From Cytophaga sp. FL35 (GTDB lineage: Bacteria; Bacteroidota; Bacteroidia; Flavobacteriales; Flavobacteriaceae), in NCBI RefSeq assembly GCF_014349235.1, contig NZ_JACSOH010000004.1:69307-133306 (forward strand): a stretch of 64,000 nt of DNA, written 5' to 3'. This document shows, one piece after another, positions 58,078 through 64,000 of the stretch. A program made the translations under genes and the position numbers. The first letter of the stretch is position 1. The number at the start of each line of letters is the position of its first letter. The notes beneath the pieces are model-generated. The model ran no database searches. It worked only from the letters and a program-made list of their open reading frames with translations, and was not told where the DNA came from.

Positions 58078-60170
58078 TGAATATACGCCTATTTCAACAT
58101 ATAATTCCTTTTCTACTTTCGGTGACTCTTCATAGCGGGCCCATCTTAGCGCAAAGCACTGAAAACGACCAATGGCAACTTGCCATTAAGCATCGAGTAA
58201 AAGATGACGGTATTTGCATTAGGTGGGCAGTAAATACTGTGGAAGCATGGCAGGCCGGCGTACAATATGGTTTTATCATTGAAAGGACATTGATAAACTC
58301 TACCTCGTCCAATACCAAAAACAATGAAAAACTATTGTTAACGCCCACCCCCTTAAAACCAAAGCCGGAACAGGAGTGGCAATCGGCAGCGATGAACAAT
58401 GACATGGCTGCCGTAGCAGCACAGGCTATTTATGGCGACACCTTTTCAGTGAACAACCAAGAAGAGGAAAGCAGGTTTATGCAGGTAATCAATATGGCGT
58501 CTGAGAGAGAGCAGAGATTCGGTTTTTCGTTATATGCCATGGATCGCGATTTTAGCACCGCACAACTTGCAGGGTTTGGTTTTGTAGACAAGGATATTGA
58601 AGCAGGTGCTACTTATTTGTACCATATAAAATTAGCCTCTCCAACGCAGGATGACAGTCAAAAACTGGAGTATGGGTTTGTTGCACATACGGATGAAATA
58701 GAAGAGCTACCCAAACCCAGGGATTTTGTGGTATACTATTACAATGATGCCTTTCTATTGATATGGGAATACGATTCTTACTTACCCTATTACAACTCCT
58801 ATGATATTGAACGTTCTGAGAACGGTCAAGATTTTACGAAAATCAATAAAGTGCCTATAACAAAACTGGCCAGCACCGATGTTAGTGGGATATCTTACAC
58901 AGACAGCATTCCAGTTTACGACAAAAAGTTTTGGTATCGAATAAAAGGGCATTCCTATTTTAATGACGTGGGTCCAGTTTCGGATACTATGAGCGTAACC
59001 GCTTACAAGCAGCTGTTGGTGGCACCGGAAATAACCCAAAAGGATATTATCTCCGATAAAGAAGTAAAGTTACGATGGTCTTTTGCCAAGGACGAAGCTT
59101 GGAAAGTTACCAATTTTGACCTTCTCAGGGCAGATGATGCCATTGGTCCCTATACTACCGTACAATCAAATTTGAGCCAAAATGCGCGGGAAGCTTATTA
59201 TAATAAGCTAACTGAGAGTAATTATTTTAGGGTTAGGGCAAAAGGAATAGCTGGGGATGTACAAGATTCGTCTCCCGTTTTGATTCAACCCATAGACTCC
59301 ATTCCTCCTGCACAACCCAGAGGATTGAAAGGTACAGTAGATACCTTGGGAATTGTCAAAATCTCTTGGGAACCGAATACAGAACTCGACCTAAAAGGCT
59401 ATGACGTTTTCCGCTCTAATACTAAAAATCAAGAATTTACGCGCTTGAATAAGAATCAAATTACCGGTCAGTCGTATACGGATACTATCAATATAAAGTC
59501 CTTTAACAAAGAGGTGCTCTACCGTATACAAGCGGTAGATAATCGTTATAACGCCTCGATTCCTTCGGATACTCTGGTAATGAAAAGGCCTAACCGAGCA
59601 GCACCTTTGAGCCCTTTGTTTTCGGATTACAGAATTGCACAAGACTCCGTTCATCTCCATTGGCTACCCAGCACCTCTGAAAATATTCAGAAACAAATGC
59701 TTTTTAGAAGTTTTATAGACCAACCTGAAAATTGGGAAAAAATTTTTGAGACGGAGACCAATAACCTTAGTACGTTTATTGACCTAAACATAGAGGCTGA
59801 CACAAAATATGCATACACCCTAATAGCGGTTAACGAGTTTGGCATTGAAAGTAATCCATCTCCCCCATTGGGTCTTGTTACAGGAAAAGAATTAACAAGA
59901 GAAAGCATTAAAGGTATTTATGCCCAAGTAAATAGGGAGTTACACCTTATTGATATTAGTTGGAGAGGTGACTTAACCAATGTATCGGAACTTAGGTTGT
60001 ACCGTAAGACGGAAACGTCTCCTTTTAGGCTATATGAGACCTTGGCACCAGATTCCAAAAAATATACGGATACCCGTTTACAAGTTGGCACTTCCTATGG
60101 CTATGCCATACAAGCTATTTTTAATGATGGTACCATAAGTACCTGGGAAGAAATCATGGTAACCTATTAA
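58077..60170 (+). CDS. 697-aa secreted protein with multiple fibronectin-type-III-like repeats
   Basis: Signal peptide. Repeated about 90-aa modules ending in Y(R/F)(V/I)(R/Q)A..G..S.PS motifs. Confidence 0.6.
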   Translation: MNIRLFQHIIPFLLSVTLHSGPILAQSTENDQWQLAIKHRVKDDGICIRWAVNTVEAWQAGVQYGFIIERTLINSTSSNTKNNEKLLLTPTPLKPKPEQEWQSAAMNNDMAAVAAQAIYGDTFSVNNQEEESRFMQVINMASEREQRFGFSLYAMDRDFSTAQLAGFGFVDKDIEAGATYLYHIKLASPTQDDSQKLEYGFVAHTDEIEELPKPRDFVVYYYNDAFLLIWEYDSYLPYYNSYDIERSENGQDFTKINKVPITKLASTDVSGISYTDSIPVYDKKFWYRIKGHSYFNDVGPVSDTMSVTAYKQLLVAPEITQKDIISDKEVKLRWSFAKDEAWKVTNFDLLRADDAIGPYTTVQSNLSQNAREAYYNKLTESNYFRVRAKGIAGDVQDSSPVLIQPIDSIPPAQPRGLKGTVDTLGIVKISWEPNTELDLKGYDVFRSNTKNQEFTRLNKNQITGQSYTDTINIKSFNKEVLYRIQAVDNRYNASIPSDTLVMKRPNRAAPLSPLFSDYRIAQDSVHLHWLPSTSENIQKQMLFRSFIDQPENWEKIFETETNNLSTFIDLNIEADTKYAYTLIAVNEFGIESNPSPPLGLVTGKELTRESIKGIYAQVNRELHLIDISWRGDLTNVSELRLYRKTETSPFRLYETLAPDSKKYTDTRLQVGTSYGYAIQAIFNDGTISTWEEIMVTY

Positions 60171-60180
60171 TATAGTTAGT

Positions 60181-63100
60181 TATGAAGAATTTATTAAGTT
60201 TTCTTGTTCTTTATTGTACCCTAGGTGGTATTTTTCAATCATTTGGGCAAAGTAATGATTCTGAATACGGTATTCTATTTTTGACAGATGTCCCAAGTGG
60301 AAGTCCATCCAGTGGAACAATAAACGTAATACATAGTCAGGGCTCTTTTCTGTACAAGCCTACGTCCACAAATAGAGAAGAATATAATTACTATGAACTA
60401 CCCTCAAATTTTAGTGGAATAACAGTAAGATATAGTGCATTTGGCGTTGATGATGGGTGTTCAAATGATGAAGAAATTACTTTTACTCCGGAAGATTTCA
60501 ATAGAAGCTCCTATGGATTTTTTGGTTGCATTGGTCAAATAAGCACTTATCCAATTCATCTACCTAGTCCAGATGTAGAAAATTCTAGAATATGTCCTGA
60601 AGATGAAATTTTCTTAAGTTATGGTTGGCATTGGCAATATCAAATAATAAAAGAGGGTAATGTACAATCGGAATGGGAATATTTTCCTCCTGAATACCAA
60701 GAAAAAAGGTCTCTTACACTTAAACTTGAAGACTTCCTAACCAACTCTGAATTAGATAAAATTCAACAGATTAAATTTCAAACAGGATATGACGACAACT
60801 TCCTCAAACATATAACTTATGAAGTCACTAAATGTTCCCCAACCCTATTGACGGACCCACCAATTGCCGTTGATGAAACATGTGTAAACTCAAACAATGG
60901 CAGTTTTAGCGCCACATTTGAAAGAGGGGTTGTTTCTGGCGAAAAGATGATGGTAAAGGTTACCAATACCGTAACCTCTCAACCTTATCAAGAGGAATTT
61001 TATGAGAATGATTTCACATCCGGCACAATCAATTGGCCTAAAACATTGCCCCCGGGCACTTACTTTTTAGAATGGGTCACTTTGACGGATAATGGTGATG
61101 ACACTTTCCCCGACAAAGCAAGGAAAAGCACAAACAACTTTACCATAAATGAAGCTATACCATTAGTTTTCGACTCTCTCAATAAAACAGATGAAACATG
61201 TCAAGGAGAAGCCAACGGCATAATAGAAAACATACAAGCTTCGGGCGGTAAACCACCCTACCAATACGCTATTGAAAACCAATTTGACTTTAGCTCGGAA
61301 AATTTCTTTGACAAATTACCAGCAGGCACCTATAATGTTCTTATTAGGGACAGCAATGATTGCACCACTAATCAAGAAGTAGAAATTATTTCCGGAGAGC
61401 CCTTACCTACATTCTACTTTACCGCCAACTCCACTTCTTTTGCCCAAAACGGAAACGGTGTTATTGAAATTGCTCTAGAAGATGGCAGCAACACCAATGG
61501 GTATTCTTACGTTTGGACTAGTGACGACCCTACTTTTACAACTCAAAATTCACCTACTCTACAAAATCTAAATACTGGTACCTACTCCTTGATAGTCACG
61601 GAGACAGCAACAGGTTGCAAATCCAATCAAGTTGACAACAGCTTTACGATAAGTACAATTCCTGAATTATCTGTTAGCCTTACTGCGAACAATGAGGTGC
61701 ATTGTCCAGGCGATACATCGGCCTTATCGGCAAGCGTAACTTATGGTACTGGCTCAGGCCATACTTATGAATGGTTTGAAGGTCCGGTAGACACCGGCAT
61801 TAGTATTCCAGGCAACACTAATACCATTACGGTCGAGGCTGGCAGTTATTCCGTAAGGGTTACCGATGATGGTGGCAATACGGCAACTTCTAGCTTTGAT
61901 TTAAATTATACCGATGTCAATACAGGCAACCCCATAAACGAAATTTTAGCGGCGACAGTCGCCATTCAAGAAGACGCCAAGTGTAAAGGGGAAAGTTCTG
62001 GTAGAATAAGTCTAGACATTACAGGAGGCACCGGTTCATATCAGGTTTTTTGGGACGGTTCGTTGACTGCGGGGCCAATAGACAACAGTCAACTTGGGGC
62101 AGGACCCCATACCTATAGAATAGATGATGGAAACTGTACCATTACAGGTGGACCCATCGTAATTGGTGAACCAAGCGAAGAGCTCACCATTACATTTGTT
62201 TCAAAAACCGATGTGAATGCCAATGGCGGCTCCGATGGTTCAATTGAAATAGCGCTTTCGGGCACTACCCCAGATTACACAATTGAATGGTTGAAAGACG
62301 GAATAGCTTATACACCTACAAGTGGTTCCACAAATACGAGATTAATAGGGCTAGAAGTAGGGTCATATTCGGCTGTTGTAACCAACAACAATGGCACTGG
62401 CTGCTCCTCTACACTGGCGGAAGCGATTATAATTGGAGAACCGGGTCCATTAACTATAGAAAATCCACAAGCAATCGTAGAAGCTATTTTATGTTTTGGT
62501 GATAATACAGGAAGAATAACGGCTCAATATAGTGGTACCGCTCCTTTTGAGTTCGTATGGTTTGATGAAAACGGTATTGAAATAAAGCGAGGGAATGAAG
62601 ACTTTATTGAGAATCTTGTCGCAGGAACGTATAGTTATACAATTGATGATGCTTCTGCAACACCTCCAATAACTAGTGACGCTATCAATGTAGGTCAACC
62701 ATCGGAAATTATTTCCTTTGACATAACCGCCACTGGCACCTGTGCCAATAGCACCGAAGGAAGTATTTTAATCAGTAATGCTCAAGGCGGCACCCCTGGA
62801 TACGCCTACAGTATTGACGGTACTAATTTTAAACCCTCCGGTAACTTTAGCTTTTTGAATTCCGGAAATTATACGGTAACCGTTCGTGATAGCAATGGAT
62901 GTGAGATGGTACAAACCGATGTGGTGGTAGATAGTTATCCTGAAATTCTTTTGGATAACGAAAACACCATTGTGCTTTCTGTAAGTGCCGAGGGCAGAAG
63001 GGATGGTGCCATTTCCCCTATATTTACCGGTGGTGTACCCCCCTTTACTTATCAATGGACAGGACCGAACGTCAACGGAACCAATACACAGGATATTAGC

Positions 63101-64000
63101 GGCCTAGCGGAGGGAGACTATTCCATTTTGGTTACGGATGCCAATGGGTGTGTTCTAAACGAATCCTTTATCATTACTGAACCTGGCGAACTTATAGTTA
63201 CTGCATCCCAAACGGAAGTCATTCCATGTAGCGGAGATGCCTTCGGTGAAATTGCCGGACAAGTTACAGGTGGCGTAGCGCCTTATATTCTGGAGTGGTT
63301 TCAGCAAATAAATGGTTCTGACATTAGGCTGGCGGAAGATTCCAATCTTTTGGCAGATTTAGGTCCTGGAAGCTACTTCCTTAGAGCTACCGATGCTAAT
63401 GGAATTAACGCGGATTCTGGCATAGTGCTCATCACTGAACCGGATTTGCTAACGGCTTCGGTACTGAGCACCACCTCTATCTTATGTAGCGGGGAAGCGA
63501 CAGGGGCTGTAGAAGTTACTTTTTCGGGTGGAACGGCTCCCTATGAATTTTCTTGGAGCAATGGTGATTCCAGCCTCAACTTGACCAATGTACCTTCTGG
63601 AGAATATACCCTTTTCATATCTGATGTGAATGGCTGCTATACAGAACTTACAGCGGTAGTAGAAGCGGCACCAGATGCCTTACAAATTAGCAATAGAGAC
63701 CTCCTCAATGTTTCGGAATACAATGCTAATGACGGTAGTATATCATTGGAATTATCGGGAGGGGCCTTCCCTTTCGATATAGAGTGGACTCAATTATCCA
63801 ATGGGCTGGCAATAGGCGACCAAGAAAATATTTCCCGTCTTGCGGCCGGAAGGTACCAAGTTACCATTTCAGATGATAATGGTTGCCGACTGACGGAAAT
63901 TTTTGAAATTACCCAGCCTGATATTGTTGAGGAAACAATCATACAACCGGCTTGTGAAGGAGATACAGATGGAAGCATTTCCCTACTCGTAAATCAGGGC
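60181..64000 (+). CDS. 5' part of a giant SprB-repeat cell-surface adhesin (gliding-motility / T9SS cargo-like). Continues beyond the window.
   Basis: Hand-translated open frame from the ATG at about 60181 to the window end. Signal peptide MKNLLSFLVLYCTLGGIF. More than 12 tandem copies of the SprB-repeat signature (C.G..(N/D)G.I.....GG..PY.Y.W). Not in the ORF track because no stop falls within the window. Confidence 0.65.

Overview
This window looks like a Flavobacteriia-type (Bacteroidota) chromosomal segment with roughly 40-45% GC, dense coding and frequent overlapping start/stop codons. No rRNA, tRNA or CRISPR array was seen.

From left to right it carries:
- the C-terminal fragment of a hybrid sensor kinase (Hpt domain) convergent with a sigma-54-dependent response regulator;
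- three tandem paralogous small PepSY-like secreted proteins, each with its own terminator hairpin;
- a minus-strand operon of PPTase, a DUF77/YkoF-like protein, pnuC, an NadR-type nicotinamide riboside kinase and a DUF4301-like nucleotidyltransferase-like protein;
- ahcY and a GAF-domain protein;
- a TonB-dependent receptor plus beta-propeller phytase operon, with an adjacent TPR/LuxR membrane regulator;
- rplU and rpmA, where the L21 carries a long Lys/Ala-rich and helix-hairpin-helix C-terminal extension;
- a pair of M16 peptidases;
- the conserved mutY-ssb-gldE-gldD cluster;
- HU, a 29-aa poly-basic mini-ORF, and RNase G;
- recX;
- a biotin cluster (bioF, a DUF2007 zinc-ribbon protein, bioD, bioA and a FabF-like KAS), with flotillin and NfeD lying between it and bioB;
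- a MORN-repeat protein and a GAF sensor kinase.

The right third (about 47.1-64 kb) is a cell-surface locus:
- a four-helix-bundle gene translationally coupled to a 1078-aa FN3 protein;
- a 1603-aa protein, a 697-aa FN3-repeat protein, and the start of a giant SprB-repeat adhesin.

Two things in that locus stand out:
- The C-terminal half of the 1078-aa protein and the two coupled downstream ORFs form a sharply AT-rich block of about 3.1 kb (about 28% GC), organised like a polymorphic toxin C-terminus with immunity genes.
- Immediately after it, a DUF559 (Vsr-like) endonuclease gene is flanked by two copies, plus one partial, of a GC-rich triple-hairpin repeat that shows compensatory base-pair changes between copies.
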